DNA of 64,000 bases from a bacterium HR35 (GCA_002898235.1 BEIL01000001.1:16034-80033); one strand, 5' to 3'; counted from the first letter of the stretch, positions 1 through 10,479 are shown. Numbers and translations: made by a program. The notes: a model not told the origin generated them from the sequence alone.

Positions 1-1
1 A

Positions 2-1072
2 AATAATTCAAACTTTGTTTTTCCGTTTGAAAAAATTTTAGATTATTTAAAATCTTTCGATTATGTAGTTGCTAATTTAGAAGGACCAATTACAGATAAA
101 GGACAAAAAGTTGGAAGCAAGTATTCTTTTAAAATGAAGCCAGAAGTTGTTGAAGCCTTAATAGAATCTAACATAAACATTTTAAATTTGGCTAATAATC
201 ATATTTTCGATTATGGCAGAACGGGACTTGAAGAAACATTAAAAAATTTGGAAAAGAATAATATAGAATATTTTGGTAATAGTTATGATCCATTGATAAT
301 AGAAATCAATAATACTAAAATAGGTTTTTTAGGTTTTTCTGACTTTTTAAAACATTTAGATGCTGAAAAGAATAATAATGGAATAGCTGTAATAAATGAA
401 AATTTTGAAAATTCTGTTAAAAAAGCAAAAGAAAAAGTTGATATTTTAATTGTAAGTTTTCATTGGGGAGATGAATATAAAAAATTTGCCAATCAAAGAC
501 AACAGAAATTTGCTAGATTGGCAATTGATTCGGGTGTAGATTTAGTTGTAGGCCATCATCCTCATGTTATTCAAAATATAGAAAAATACAAAAATAAATA
601 TATTTTTTATTCTTTAGGTAATTTTATTTTTGATCAAAATTTTTCTGAAGATACAATGATTGGCGGAGGGGTCGAAGTTTATATTAAAAATAAAAAAATA
701 GATAGGATTTCTTTCCGAAAATTTTATTTAAATAATGACTTTCAAATAGAAAAAATAAGCGATCTATTATTACCCTATCAAATAAATAATAAGATTTATC
801 TTTTAAAAATTGCTGATGAACCATTAGAATGGGAAAGAGGTTTAATGTTTGTAAGAAAACCAATTGATTTTGATGGAATGATTTTTATTTTTCCTGATAA
901 ACAAATTAGATCGTTTTGGAATAAAAATACTCTTGTTGATTTAGATATTTATTGGTTAGATGATGATAAAATTATTGGCAAAGATTTTTTACCTTCAATT
1001 GAAAAAACAAAAGGAATTTATACAATTACCTCACCAGTTCCGGTGAATAAAGTGATTGAAATAATAAAATGA
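2..1072 (+). CDS. CapA/PGA_cap-family metallophosphatase fused to a C-terminal DUF192-like domain (5' partial)
   Basis: Frame is open from the window edge (VVANLEGP upstream of the called Met); motifs LANNHIFDYG, HWGDEY, GHHPHV, YSLGNF; C-terminus ERGLMF..GMIFIF..FWNKNT..LDI is DUF192-like. Confidence 0.85.
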   Translation, partial: NNSNFVFPFEKILDYLKSFDYVVANLEGPITDKGQKVGSKYSFKMKPEVVEALIESNINILNLANNHIFDYGRTGLEETLKNLEKNNIEYFGNSYDPLIIEINNTKIGFLGFSDFLKHLDAEKNNNGIAVINENFENSVKKAKEKVDILIVSFHWGDEYKKFANQRQQKFARLAIDSGVDLVVGHHPHVIQNIEKYKNKYIFYSLGNFIFDQNFSEDTMIGGGVEVYIKNKKIDRISFRKFYLNNDFQIEKISDLLLPYQINNKIYLLKIADEPLEWERGLMFVRKPIDFDGMIFIFPDKQIRSFWNKNTLVDLDIYWLDDDKIIGKDFLPSIEKTKGIYTITSPVPVNKVIEIIK

Positions 1073-1938
1073 ATTTAATAAAAAATAAATTTTTATTAAT
1101 AAGTTTTTCTTTGGTTTTAATCTTTGTGCTATTAATAATTTTGATTATTTATAATAAAAAGAATAATTTTTCTCAAGATATTCTTCAAAATATTTCTCAA
1201 AATTCTTCAGATATATTCATCTTTAGCCCTAAAGAAAATCAAAAAATTAAATCACCTTTGCTGATTCAAGGAAAAGCAAAAGGCAATTGGTTTTTTGAAG
1301 CAGAATTTACTTCTGAGCTTTACGATAGCGAAAATAATTTATTAGGTAAGGCAATTTTAAGAGCAAAGAGCGATTGGATGACAGAAGATTTTGTACCTTT
1401 TGAAGGTAAATTAAATTTTAAACAACCAAAAACTAAAACCGGTAAATTATTGTTTTTATCAGCTAATCCAAGCGGTATAGCAGAACATCAAAAAGTTTAT
1501 TCAGTTCCTGTTAAATTTGAAGAAATCAAATACCAGAAAGTTTTACTTTATTATTATAATCCAGAAAAAGATAAGGATGAAAATGGTAATATAAAATGTT
1601 CTGAAGATGGATTGGTGGCAATTGAAAGAGAAATACCTTTAAGTCAAACTCCTATTCAAGATACAATTAAGTTATTATTAAGAGGAAAAGAAAATTTAAC
1701 TCAAGAAGAAATAAATCAGGGTATTGAAACCGAATTTCCGCTTCGAGGTTTTGAATTAAAATCGGTTAATCTTAAAGAAGATGGAACTTTAATTTTAGGA
1801 TTTAATGATCCTTACTATCAAACTTTAGGTGGTTCTTGTCGGGTTAAAATATTATGGTTACAGATAGAAAAAACTGCACAACAATTTTCTCAAATAAAAG
1901 AAGTAGAATTTAAACCAGAATATCTTTTCCAACCATAG
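1069..1938 (+). CDS. Membrane-anchored Gmad2 Ig-like plus GerMN-like domain protein
   Basis: N-terminal TM; GNWFFEAEF..DWMTEDFVPF..NPSG (Gmad2-like); GGSCRV..QIEKTAQQF (GerMN-like). Confidence 0.7.
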   Translation: MNLIKNKFLLISFSLVLIFVLLIILIIYNKKNNFSQDILQNISQNSSDIFIFSPKENQKIKSPLLIQGKAKGNWFFEAEFTSELYDSENNLLGKAILRAKSDWMTEDFVPFEGKLNFKQPKTKTGKLLFLSANPSGIAEHQKVYSVPVKFEEIKYQKVLLYYYNPEKDKDENGNIKCSEDGLVAIEREIPLSQTPIQDTIKLLLRGKENLTQEEINQGIETEFPLRGFELKSVNLKEDGTLILGFNDPYYQTLGGSCRVKILWLQIEKTAQQFSQIKEVEFKPEYLFQP

Positions 1939-1967
1939 TTTTGATTTTGAAATATTAATAATAAAAT

Positions 1968-4610
1968 ATGATTTATCATTCTTGGGAGATAAAACGGGTA
2001 TTAGAAGAGTTTGAAACAGATTTTGTTGGTTTAACTACTGAAGAAGCTAAACAAAGACTTTTAAAATATGGGAAAAATTCTTTGCCAGAAGAAAAGGTTT
2101 CTTTAACCAGGATTTTTCTAAAGCAATTTAAAAATATCTTTAATTTAGTTTTATTTTTTGTTTTAATTTTGACTTTATATTTAGGTAAATTTGCTGACTC
2201 TTTTGTCGTTATTTTAATAATTTTAGTTAATGCTTTTATAGGTTTCTTTTTTGAATTACGAACAGAAAAAACTCTAAAGAAATTAAAAGAACTTTTAAAA
2301 CCCAAAGCTAAAGTTTTGAGAGATAAAGAATTGATTGAGATTAATGCTGAAAATTTAGTCCCGGGTGATATTGTTTTTGTTGAAGAAGGAGACATTATCC
2401 CCTCTGATTTAAGATTTTTTGAAATTGAAAATTTAAAAGTTGATGAATCAATTTTAACTGGAGAATCTTTACCTGTTGAAAAAGATATTAAAATCTTATC
2501 AGAGGATACACCAATATCTGAAATGAAAAATATTGGTTTTATGGGGAGTTATGTTGTTGAAGGAAAGGGGAAAGGAATTGTTGTAGCAACGGGTATTCAA
2601 ACTTATATAGGCTCAATCTACGAAAAATTTAAAAAAATAGAACAATTTGCACCTCATTTTGAAAAACTTTCTAAAGATTTAATTTTGAGAATGATTTTGA
2701 TCGCTGTTTCAACTTCAATCTTGATTTTTTATTTTGCTTTTCGAAAAAATTATAACTGGACAGAGACCTTGCTTTTTGTTTTATCGTCTTTTGTCTCTTC
2801 AATTCCTGAAGGATTGCCCGTGATTATAACTGTTCTTTTAGTAATCAGTGCTTATGCTTTATATAAGAAAAATATTTTAGTTAAAAATTTACAGGCAACT
2901 GAAAATTTATCAGTTATTAATCTTTTGCTTTCAGATAAAACTGGAACCTTAACTGAAAATATTATGACAGTAAGAAAAATATTTGTTAATAATGAAGAGA
3001 TTGAAATTACGGGAGAAGGTTATAATTTAGAAGGAAAATTTTTGAAAGATGGCAAAGAAATAAATATTTTAGAAAACTATCCCTTGATTAAACTTTTAAA
3101 TATTTGCGCTATCGTCAGTGAAGGCTCAATAATTAAAGATGGAGAATTTAAATTTAAAGGTAATCCTCGAGATATTGCTTTACTTATTTTGTTAGAAAAA
3201 TCTGGTTTTAAAAGAGAAGAAATCTTAGAAAAAGAAAAAATAAAGAAAAGAGAACCATTTTCAAGAATTAAAAAACATAAAAGAGTTATTGTTGAACATG
3301 AAAGGATTGAATCTTACTATTTAGGTGCTTTTGAGAAAATAATTAATGATTGCGATTATATTTTGACTTATGAAGGTGTAAAAGAATTTGAAAATAAAGA
3401 AGAAATTTTAAATAAAGCTCTTGAATATGCTAATAATGGTTTTACTATCTTAGCTGCTGCTTATAATGAAGGAGAAAGAGAAGAAAATTTAATTTTTGTT
3501 GGTTTGATTGCTTTGTATGATCCTCCGAAAAGAGGAATTAAAGAAACAATAGCTAAATTAAAATCAGCAGGAATAGATATTAGGATTTTGACAGGTGATC
3601 ATAAAGCAACAGCAGTTTATATTGCTAAAGAAATTGGTTTTGAAAATTTAAATGCAGTTGATGAGGAAGAAATTAAAGGTTTATCTGATGAAAAACTAAA
3701 AGAAGTATTAAAAAATACTTACATATTTGCTCGAATTACTCCTGAAACTAAATTAAAAATTTTAGAACTTTATCAAAAATTGGGTTATTCAGTTGCTTAT
3801 ATCGGTGATGGCGTTAACGATGTTTTAACTTTAAAAAAAGCAGAAGTCGGAGTTTGTATGGGAAAACGTGGTTCAGAAATTGCTAAATCAGCTAGTGATA
3901 TTATTTTAATTGATGATAATTTGGAAAGTTTACTTTCAGGTTTTATTGAGGGAAGAAAAATATTTAACAATCTTAAAAGAGTTGTTTTCTTTTTGGTTAC
4001 CACTAATGTTGCCGAAAGCTTAACGATTTTGGCTTCACTAATCTTAGGTTTTCCATTTATTTTAAAACCAACACATATTTTATTTTTAAATTTTGTAACT
4101 GATACTTTGGTTGGAACAGCTTTAGCTTTTGAAAAAGAACACGGTTATGAACTTCAATCAAAACCAAGAAACCCCAGAGAGTCGTTAATAAGCCTTGATT
4201 TATTGCCTTTTCTTTTAATGATGGCATCAATAATGATGATATTAACTGTTTTAATTTTTAGTGCTGAATATCTGTTTGACCTAAATAAAGCTAGAACTTA
4301 TGCATTTTTAGTTATGAGCTTAACTCAGCTTTATAATGCCTTAAATTTAAGATCATTAAATAGAAGTATATTTAGATTAAGTTTTAAACTAAATCCTTAC
4401 ATAATCGTTGAAATTATTTTATCATTGTTTTTACAATACTTTGTGATTTTTAATTCAACAGCGCGGTCAATTTTAGGCTTTAGTGAAATAAGTTTATTTG
4501 AATTTTTTGTTATTTTAATTTTAAGTTCTCTTGTATTGATAGTAGGTGAGTTATATAAGCTTATTAAAGGCAAATTTATTAAAATAAATAATAAATCTTA
4601 CTTTTCATAA
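1968..4610 (+). CDS. Cation-transporting P-type ATPase (P2A-like)
   Basis: TGES, IPEGL, SDKTGTLT, TGD and GDGVND motifs; multiple TM segments. Confidence 0.95.
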   Translation: MIYHSWEIKRVLEEFETDFVGLTTEEAKQRLLKYGKNSLPEEKVSLTRIFLKQFKNIFNLVLFFVLILTLYLGKFADSFVVILIILVNAFIGFFFELRTEKTLKKLKELLKPKAKVLRDKELIEINAENLVPGDIVFVEEGDIIPSDLRFFEIENLKVDESILTGESLPVEKDIKILSEDTPISEMKNIGFMGSYVVEGKGKGIVVATGIQTYIGSIYEKFKKIEQFAPHFEKLSKDLILRMILIAVSTSILIFYFAFRKNYNWTETLLFVLSSFVSSIPEGLPVIITVLLVISAYALYKKNILVKNLQATENLSVINLLLSDKTGTLTENIMTVRKIFVNNEEIEITGEGYNLEGKFLKDGKEINILENYPLIKLLNICAIVSEGSIIKDGEFKFKGNPRDIALLILLEKSGFKREEILEKEKIKKREPFSRIKKHKRVIVEHERIESYYLGAFEKIINDCDYILTYEGVKEFENKEEILNKALEYANNGFTILAAAYNEGEREENLIFVGLIALYDPPKRGIKETIAKLKSAGIDIRILTGDHKATAVYIAKEIGFENLNAVDEEEIKGLSDEKLKEVLKNTYIFARITPETKLKILELYQKLGYSVAYIGDGVNDVLTLKKAEVGVCMGKRGSEIAKSASDIILIDDNLESLLSGFIEGRKIFNNLKRVVFFLVTTNVAESLTILASLILGFPFILKPTHILFLNFVTDTLVGTALAFEKEHGYELQSKPRNPRESLISLDLLPFLLMMASIMMILTVLIFSAEYLFDLNKARTYAFLVMSLTQLYNALNLRSLNRSIFRLSFKLNPYIIVEIILSLFLQYFVIFNSTARSILGFSEISLFEFFVILILSSLVLIVGELYKLIKGKFIKINNKSYFS

Positions 4611-4624
4611 AAGTATGATATAAT
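4599..4624 (+). promoter_or_regulatory. Extended -10 promoter with an adjacent inverted repeat (candidate operator)
   Basis: TACTTTT-CAT-AAAAGTA at 4599-4615, followed by TGaTATAAT at 4616-4624, 6 nt before ATG 4631. Confidence 0.55.
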
Positions 4625-4630
4625 GTAACT

Positions 4631-4876
4631 ATGGTTAAGAAAAATTTTAAAAAATTTGAAAAGAAATTCTATGGTTCAACTGTTTTGGGCGAGAAAGGAC
4701 AAGTTGTTATTCCTAAAGAAGCAAGAGATGATTTAAAGATTAAAAAAGGAGAAAAGTTATTGGTTTTTGGTATGAAGGGAATGATTACTTTAATGAAGTT
4801 TTCTGAAGTTAAAAAAATAATGTCGTATTTAGAAAAACAGCTAAAAGGTCTTCAAAAAATTGTGAAACAAAAATGA
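4631..4876 (+). CDS. AbrB/MazE/SpoVT-family DNA-binding protein
   Basis: GEKGQVVIPKEARDDLKIKKGEKL swapped-hairpin signature. Confidence 0.9.
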   Translation: MVKKNFKKFEKKFYGSTVLGEKGQVVIPKEARDDLKIKKGEKLLVFGMKGMITLMKFSEVKKIMSYLEKQLKGLQKIVKQK

Positions 4877-6540
4877 TTAAAAGAATTTTAAAAAATAAAA
4901 AATTGCTCTTTTTCGCGATCTTGATTTTAGTTGGCATTTTCTATTTTGCTTATTCAAAAATTAAAAATAATCAAATTAGCGAAGGTTATATTTTAGCTAA
5001 AGTTGAAAAGGGGACAATTCAAAAAAGCGTTTCTGGAACTGGTTACGTTACTTCAACTGATGTTTTTGAAATTAAACCTACTATTTCTGGAAAAATTTTA
5101 AATATCTACGTTAAAGAAGGCAATTATGTTAGCAAAGGACAACTTTTATTCGTTTTAGATGATTCAGATATTAAAAAACAAATCCGAGATTTAGAATTAG
5201 ATATTGAAAATTCAAAACTGAATTTAGCTAAAGCCAAAGATGATTATCAAAGGACTTTAAGAGGAGATGATTTGAAAAAAAGTTACGAAGATTTACTTAA
5301 AAATTTAAATGATATTTTTGTAAGTTATCCAGATGATTTAGAAAAAGTAAGAAAGGTTTATTTTGAAAAAGACTTAGATTCTACTATTTATAACATTGAT
5401 TATTATCTTTATTATTTTCCTCAAAGCTCAGTAAATTCTAATGACCTTCAGAAAACATACAATGAATTGAAAAATAATTTTGTTTTAATTTCCCAAAACC
5501 TTCAAACAGCAAAATTTAATACTCAAAATATTGATTATAATTTAGTTAGAGATTCTTATAATTTTCTTTTAAAAACTCAAGATTTTATTAAATCTGGATT
5601 AGATTTAATTAGAAGATTAAAAGAAGATCTAAGTTTAAGTCAGGCCTATCATACAAAACAAGAAATTATTGATAGACATTATAATGATTTAAATTCTATT
5701 TATGGAAAGTATAGTAATTATCTCGATTCTTTATCTTCATTAGTAAATAGTCTAAATAACTATCAAGATACACTTAGACAAAAAGAATATGATATTAAAT
5801 CTTTAGAGCTTGCTCTTCAACAAAAGGAAAATAAACTTAATGATTTAAAAGAAGATTTAAAAGACTATTATATTTATGCTCCAATAAATGGAATAATACA
5901 AGATGTAAATGTAAAAATAAATGATTATGTATCTTCTAATTCTGTTTTAGCCAAATTAGTTTCTAACGAAAAAATTGTTGAAGTTTCATTAAATGAAATT
6001 GATGCTGCTGAAGTTAAGATCGGGCAAAAGGCAATTATAACTTTCGATGCTTTACCTAATATTAAATTAAAAGGTAAGGTATTTTATATTTCACCAATCG
6101 GAGAAATCAACCAAGGAGTTGTTAATTATTTAGTTAAAGTAAGTATGGAAAATAATTCACAAGTGAAGATTGGAATGACTGCTAATGTTGAGATAATTAC
6201 TCAAACAAAAAATAATGTTTTAACAATACCCAATTCAGCAATTAAAAGTATAAATAATAGAAATTATGTTGAGGTTCCAGATGAAAGAGAAAATATAACC
6301 CAAGTAACCAATAGACCAATAAAATTAAATTATCCTCCCAAAAGAGTTTTTGTTAAGATAGGTCTCTCTGATAGTAATAATACAGAAATTTTGGAGGGCT
6401 TAAAAGAAAGAGATGTTGTGATAATTAAAAAGATTGAAAATAATAATAATAACCGACAATCTCAAGGTTTATTCCAAAGATTATTACCTAACCCGAGACA
6501 ATTTGCTCCTCAATCAAGACCTCAAAATATTCAAAGATAA
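4873..6540 (+). CDS. Efflux membrane-fusion (MacA/HlyD-like) adaptor with a long coiled coil
   Basis: N-terminal TM; split lipoyl motifs SGKILNIYVKEG and APINGII; long helical insert. Confidence 0.88.
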   Translation: MIKRILKNKKLLFFAILILVGIFYFAYSKIKNNQISEGYILAKVEKGTIQKSVSGTGYVTSTDVFEIKPTISGKILNIYVKEGNYVSKGQLLFVLDDSDIKKQIRDLELDIENSKLNLAKAKDDYQRTLRGDDLKKSYEDLLKNLNDIFVSYPDDLEKVRKVYFEKDLDSTIYNIDYYLYYFPQSSVNSNDLQKTYNELKNNFVLISQNLQTAKFNTQNIDYNLVRDSYNFLLKTQDFIKSGLDLIRRLKEDLSLSQAYHTKQEIIDRHYNDLNSIYGKYSNYLDSLSSLVNSLNNYQDTLRQKEYDIKSLELALQQKENKLNDLKEDLKDYYIYAPINGIIQDVNVKINDYVSSNSVLAKLVSNEKIVEVSLNEIDAAEVKIGQKAIITFDALPNIKLKGKVFYISPIGEINQGVVNYLVKVSMENNSQVKIGMTANVEIITQTKNNVLTIPNSAIKSINNRNYVEVPDERENITQVTNRPIKLNYPPKRVFVKIGLSDSNNTEILEGLKERDVVIIKKIENNNNNRQSQGLFQRLLPNPRQFAPQSRPQNIQR

Positions 6541-6551
6541 TTTCAAAGCCA

Positions 6552-7271
6552 ATGATTGAACTTCAAAATATTTCCAAGATTTATAAAAATGGAGAAATAG
6601 AAACTGTTGCTTTAAAGAATATTAATTTAAAGATTAATAAGGGAGAATTTATTTCAATTATGGGTCCATCTGGTTCAGGAAAATCTACCTTAATGCATAT
6701 TATTGGACTTTTAGACAGACCAACAAGCGGAACTTATATTTTAGATGGACAAGATGTTTCGAAATTAAAAGATGAAGAATTAGCTAAATTAAGAAATAAA
6801 AAGATTGGTTTTGTTTTTCAAGCCTTCTTTTTACTACCAAGAAAAAATGTTTTAGAAAATGTTATTTTGCCTTCGATTTATTCTGATTTAAATCCATCTC
6901 AAAAAAAAGAAAAAGCAATTGAATGCTTAAAAGAATCTGCCTTTCCTTTAGATTTTATTTATCATTATCCTAATCAACTTTCTGGTGGAATGATGCAAAG
7001 AGTGGCTATTGCTCGAGCTTTAATGAATGATCCAGAAATTATTTTAGCTGACGAACCTACTGGCAATTTAGATACTAAAACTGGAGAAGTGGTTTTACAT
7101 ACTTTTCAAAAATTAAACATTGAAAAAGGAATAACTGTTGTTTTAATTACTCATGAAGAGTATGTTGCCGAACATGCAGAGAAAATAATTAGAATTAGAG
7201 ATGGAGAATTAATTAGCGAAGAAAAAGTTAAAAATAGGAAGATTTTATATCATAACAATGAGAATAAATGA
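6552..7271 (+). CDS. ABC transporter ATP-binding protein (MacB/LolD-like)
   Basis: [26 protein letters not shown]. Confidence 0.95.
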   Translation: MIELQNISKIYKNGEIETVALKNINLKINKGEFISIMGPSGSGKSTLMHIIGLLDRPTSGTYILDGQDVSKLKDEELAKLRNKKIGFVFQAFFLLPRKNVLENVILPSIYSDLNPSQKKEKAIECLKESAFPLDFIYHYPNQLSGGMMQRVAIARALMNDPEIILADEPTGNLDTKTGEVVLHTFQKLNIEKGITVVLITHEEYVAEHAEKIIRIRDGELISEEKVKNRKILYHNNENK

Positions 7272-8469
7272 TTTAATTCAAGAATCAATTGATTCATTAA
7301 AAAGTAATAAATTAAGAACAGGACTTACAATTTTAGGAATTATTATTGGTATTGCTGCTGTTATTTCGATGATTTCTTTAGGTGAAGGTTCAAAAGTTAG
7401 CATTCAAAGAAGCATTGAAAGCTTAGGTTCAAATAATTTAATTGTTTTTCCGGGTATTGTTCAGCCAGGAAGAGGCTTTGTTTCAAGTGGAAGAGGAGAG
7501 GCGCAAGTTTTGAAAAGAGATGATGTTGAAGAAATTAAAAAAATTGATAATATTGTTGCTATTTCTCCTGAAGTCCAAAGAAGATTTCAAGTTGTAGCAG
7601 AAACAGGAAATAATAGAAATACAACTGTTTTAGGGGTTGATATTGGTTTTTTTACGGTAAGAAATATGGAAATTGAAAATGGAAATTTATTTACCGATGA
7701 ACAAATAAGAAGTTATTCAAAAGTTGCTATTTTAGGAAATCAAATTGCTAAAGATTTATTTGGCGATGTTGATCCAATTGGTAAAAAGATTAAGATTAGA
7801 AATTTGACTTTTCGAGTTATTGGTATTTTAAAGGCTAAAGGCTCGACTGGTTTTGTAAGTTATGATGATTTTGTTATTATTCCTTATACTGTTATGCAAA
7901 AACAATTAGCGGGAACAGAATATTTTAATTCTATTGCTGTGAAAGTCGATTCAAAAGAAAATATTGAAAAAGTTAGAGAGGAAATTACAAATAGATTAAC
8001 GGTTTTACATCGAGTTGATGAACCTGATTTTACTGTTTTTTCTCAAGAAGATATTTTAAGTACTTTAACTTCAATTATTAATACTTTTACAATTTTTCTT
8101 TCCTTTATCGCTGGAGTTTCACTTTTGGTTGGTGGAATAGGGATTATGAACATGATGTTAACCAGCGTTACTGAAAGAACAAAAGAAATTGGACTTCGAA
8201 AGGCTGTTGGAGCAAGAAATAGTGATATTTTGAATCAAATATTATTAGAATCAGTTTTTATAACTTTGTTAGGTGGAATTTTCGGAATTTTATTAGGAAT
8301 TTTAATTTCTTATGGAGTAAGTAAGATTGCTAATATTACAACTTATATTTCATTAAAAGCAATCTTAATTTCAGTTATTGTTTCAACGGCTATTGGTTTA
8401 ATATTTGGCTATTATCCAGCAAAAAGAGCAAGTAATTTAGATCCTATTGTTGCTTTAAGATATGAGTAG
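7258..8469 (+). CDS. ABC transporter permease (MacB/FtsX-like)
   Basis: LTILGIIIGI; GGIGIMNMMLTSVTERTKEIGLRKAVGA; PAKRASNLDPIVALRYE. Confidence 0.95.
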   Translation: MRINDLIQESIDSLKSNKLRTGLTILGIIIGIAAVISMISLGEGSKVSIQRSIESLGSNNLIVFPGIVQPGRGFVSSGRGEAQVLKRDDVEEIKKIDNIVAISPEVQRRFQVVAETGNNRNTTVLGVDIGFFTVRNMEIENGNLFTDEQIRSYSKVAILGNQIAKDLFGDVDPIGKKIKIRNLTFRVIGILKAKGSTGFVSYDDFVIIPYTVMQKQLAGTEYFNSIAVKVDSKENIEKVREEITNRLTVLHRVDEPDFTVFSQEDILSTLTSIINTFTIFLSFIAGVSLLVGGIGIMNMMLTSVTERTKEIGLRKAVGARNSDILNQILLESVFITLLGGIFGILLGILISYGVSKIANITTYISLKAILISVIVSTAIGLIFGYYPAKRASNLDPIVALRYE

Positions 8470-8510
8470 GTTATAATTAATTTAAGGTCGCATTGGTTTT
8501 TAATTTTTAA

Positions 8511-8825
8511 ATGGCAGGCTTTGATCAATACCACGAACCACCAGAGGAATTGTCTCCAGAATTAAGAGATTTTGCTAGAATTATTGCTTCATTAGTTGAA
8601 GAAGCTGAGGCAATTAATTGGTATCAACAAAGAATAGCTGTCACTAAAGACCCAGAAGTCAGAGCTATTATGGAGCATGCTCAAGAAGAAGAATTTGAAC
8701 ATTTTGCTATTGATTTAGAGTGGCTAACAAGAAAATTACCTAAATGGCGAGAAGTTTTAAAAGCTATTCTTTTTAAAGAGGGCGACATTTTGGAAAATGC
8801 TGAAAAATGGGAGGAGGGGAAATAG
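8511..8825 (+). CDS. Encapsulated-ferritin (EncFtn/Flp)-like protein
   Basis: DQYHEP..EEAEAINWYQQR..HAQEEEFEH..LEWL pattern typical of EncFtn. Confidence 0.85.
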   Translation: MAGFDQYHEPPEELSPELRDFARIIASLVEEAEAINWYQQRIAVTKDPEVRAIMEHAQEEEFEHFAIDLEWLTRKLPKWREVLKAILFKEGDILENAEKWEEGK

Positions 8826-9250
8826 CAAAATTTAATTGGATAATTTTTGCTTTGCTTTCAGCTATTAGTGCAGCTTTAGTAGCTATTTTTGGTAAACTTG
8901 GTGTTTCTAATATTGATTCTACTTTAGCTACTACAGTAAGAGCAATTATTATGACATTGTTTTTGGTTATTGTTTCTTTAGTTTTGGGTAAATTTCAGTT
9001 ATTAAAAACAATAGATAATAAAGCATTATTATTTATCATTTTGGCTGGTGTTTCTGGAGCTTTATCTTGGTTTTTTTATTTTTTAGCTTTAAAATTAGGA
9101 CCAGCTTCAGGAGTTGCTGCTTTAGATAGATTAAGTGTTGTTTTTGTTTTAATTTTGTCAGTTTTATTTTTGGCTGAGAAATTAACTTTAAAATCAGCTT
9201 TAGGAGTAATTTTTATTACTCTGGGAGCTATTTTAATGGTTGTAAAATAA
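8807..9250 (+). CDS. EamA/DMT-family small transporter
   Basis: Hydrophobic; IFGKLG..IDSTLATTVR and ALKLGPASGVAALDRLSVV. Confidence 0.85.
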   Translation: MGGGEIAKFNWIIFALLSAISAALVAIFGKLGVSNIDSTLATTVRAIIMTLFLVIVSLVLGKFQLLKTIDNKALLFIILAGVSGALSWFFYFLALKLGPASGVAALDRLSVVFVLILSVLFLAEKLTLKSALGVIFITLGAILMVVK

Positions 9251-9283
9251 AGTTGAAATTTTTAAATATATTTTTATAAAATA

Positions 9284-9757
9284 ATGGGAAAAAAATCAAT
9301 TTATATAGGTTTGATAACTGTTATGATAATTGTTGTTGGAGGTTTAGTTTTTTTTAAATTTACCAATAAAAAATCTCAAATTAATCATAATCAAGTATCT
9401 AATCAATTTTCGCTTCCATCTGCTATTTCTAATAATGATTTATTAGAAACTTTTGGTTCGACCTCAACTGAAATTTTAAATAATCAACAATTAGAGCAAA
9501 ATTCAGCTCAACCACAAGAAAAGCTTTATACGTTAGAAGAAGTAGCTCAACATAATTCTAAGGAAAGTTGCTGGACTGTTATTCGAGACAGAGTTTATGA
9601 TTTAACTCAGTGGATTGATAAACATCCAGGTGGTTCAGATAAAATTTCAGCTTTATGTGGCAAGGATGGTACTCAAGCATTTGAAAATAAACATGGAGGC
9701 GAAGAAAAACCAGAAAAAACTTTAGAACAATTTGAAATAGGTAAACTAAAACAATAA
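9284..9757 (+). CDS. Membrane-anchored cytochrome b5-like heme-binding protein
   Basis: YTLEEVAQHN..CW..VYDLT..HPGG..GKDGT..KH. Confidence 0.9.
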   Translation: MGKKSIYIGLITVMIIVVGGLVFFKFTNKKSQINHNQVSNQFSLPSAISNNDLLETFGSTSTEILNNQQLEQNSAQPQEKLYTLEEVAQHNSKESCWTVIRDRVYDLTQWIDKHPGGSDKISALCGKDGTQAFENKHGGEEKPEKTLEQFEIGKLKQ

Positions 9758-10131
9758 TGGAAGATTACGGTAAATTAATTTTAAGAATAGGTTTAGGAAT
9801 TGTTTTTCTTTATTTTGGCATTAGCCAGTTAATTTTTCCTCAAAGATGGGTTGATTTAATTCCTGAAGTTAAGTTTGTTTATATGAATGATATTTTTAAG
9901 CAGAAGATAGTTTTGCTGAATGGTTTTTTAGATTGTTTAATTGGCATTTGTTTTATTTTGGGTATATTTGTTAAAATAGTTTCTCTTTTAGCCACTTTAC
10001 ATCTTATTTCAATTTTTCTTTTTTCTTTGGGCTTTACTCCTTCAGGTTTTCGTGATTTAGGTTTAGCTTTAGCTTCATTGTCTTTATATTTTTTAAGAGA
10101 AGGCAAGTTTAAAATAGGAATAAAAATATAA
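9757..10131 (+). CDS. DoxX-like membrane protein
   Basis: LRIGLGIVFLYFG N-terminal motif, about 4 TM helices, RD motif. Confidence 0.7.
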   Translation: MEDYGKLILRIGLGIVFLYFGISQLIFPQRWVDLIPEVKFVYMNDIFKQKIVLLNGFLDCLIGICFILGIFVKIVSLLATLHLISIFLFSLGFTPSGFRDLGLALASLSLYFLREGKFKIGIKI

Positions 10132-10137
10132 TAGTTA

Positions 10138-10470
10138 ATGATAAAAATTAGTAAAAGATTTATTAAACGTAGAGCAATTAAATTTGAGGTTTTTGATGGT
10201 AGAAAGAAGATTGGCAGGGCTTATCTATATTTAATTAAAAATGATTTACACAAAAAACCATACGGGTTATTAGAAGATATTTATATAGATGAAAAATATA
10301 GAGGACAGGGAATAGGCACAAAACTTTTAAATGAAGTCATTAAAAAAGCAAGAAGTTTAAAATGTTATAAGTTAATCGCTACAAGTAGGTTTGAAAGAAA
10401 GAATATTCATAATTGGTACTTAAAATCAGGTTTTAAAAAATATGGTTATGAATTTCGAATTGATTTATAA
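10138..10470 (+). CDS. GNAT-family acetyltransferase
   Basis: EDIYIDEKYRGQGIGTKLL motif A; WY..GF. Confidence 0.9.
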   Translation: MIKISKRFIKRRAIKFEVFDGRKKIGRAYLYLIKNDLHKKPYGLLEDIYIDEKYRGQGIGTKLLNEVIKKARSLKCYKLIATSRFERKNIHNWYLKSGFKKYGYEFRIDL

Positions 10471-10479
10471 TTAAACATA

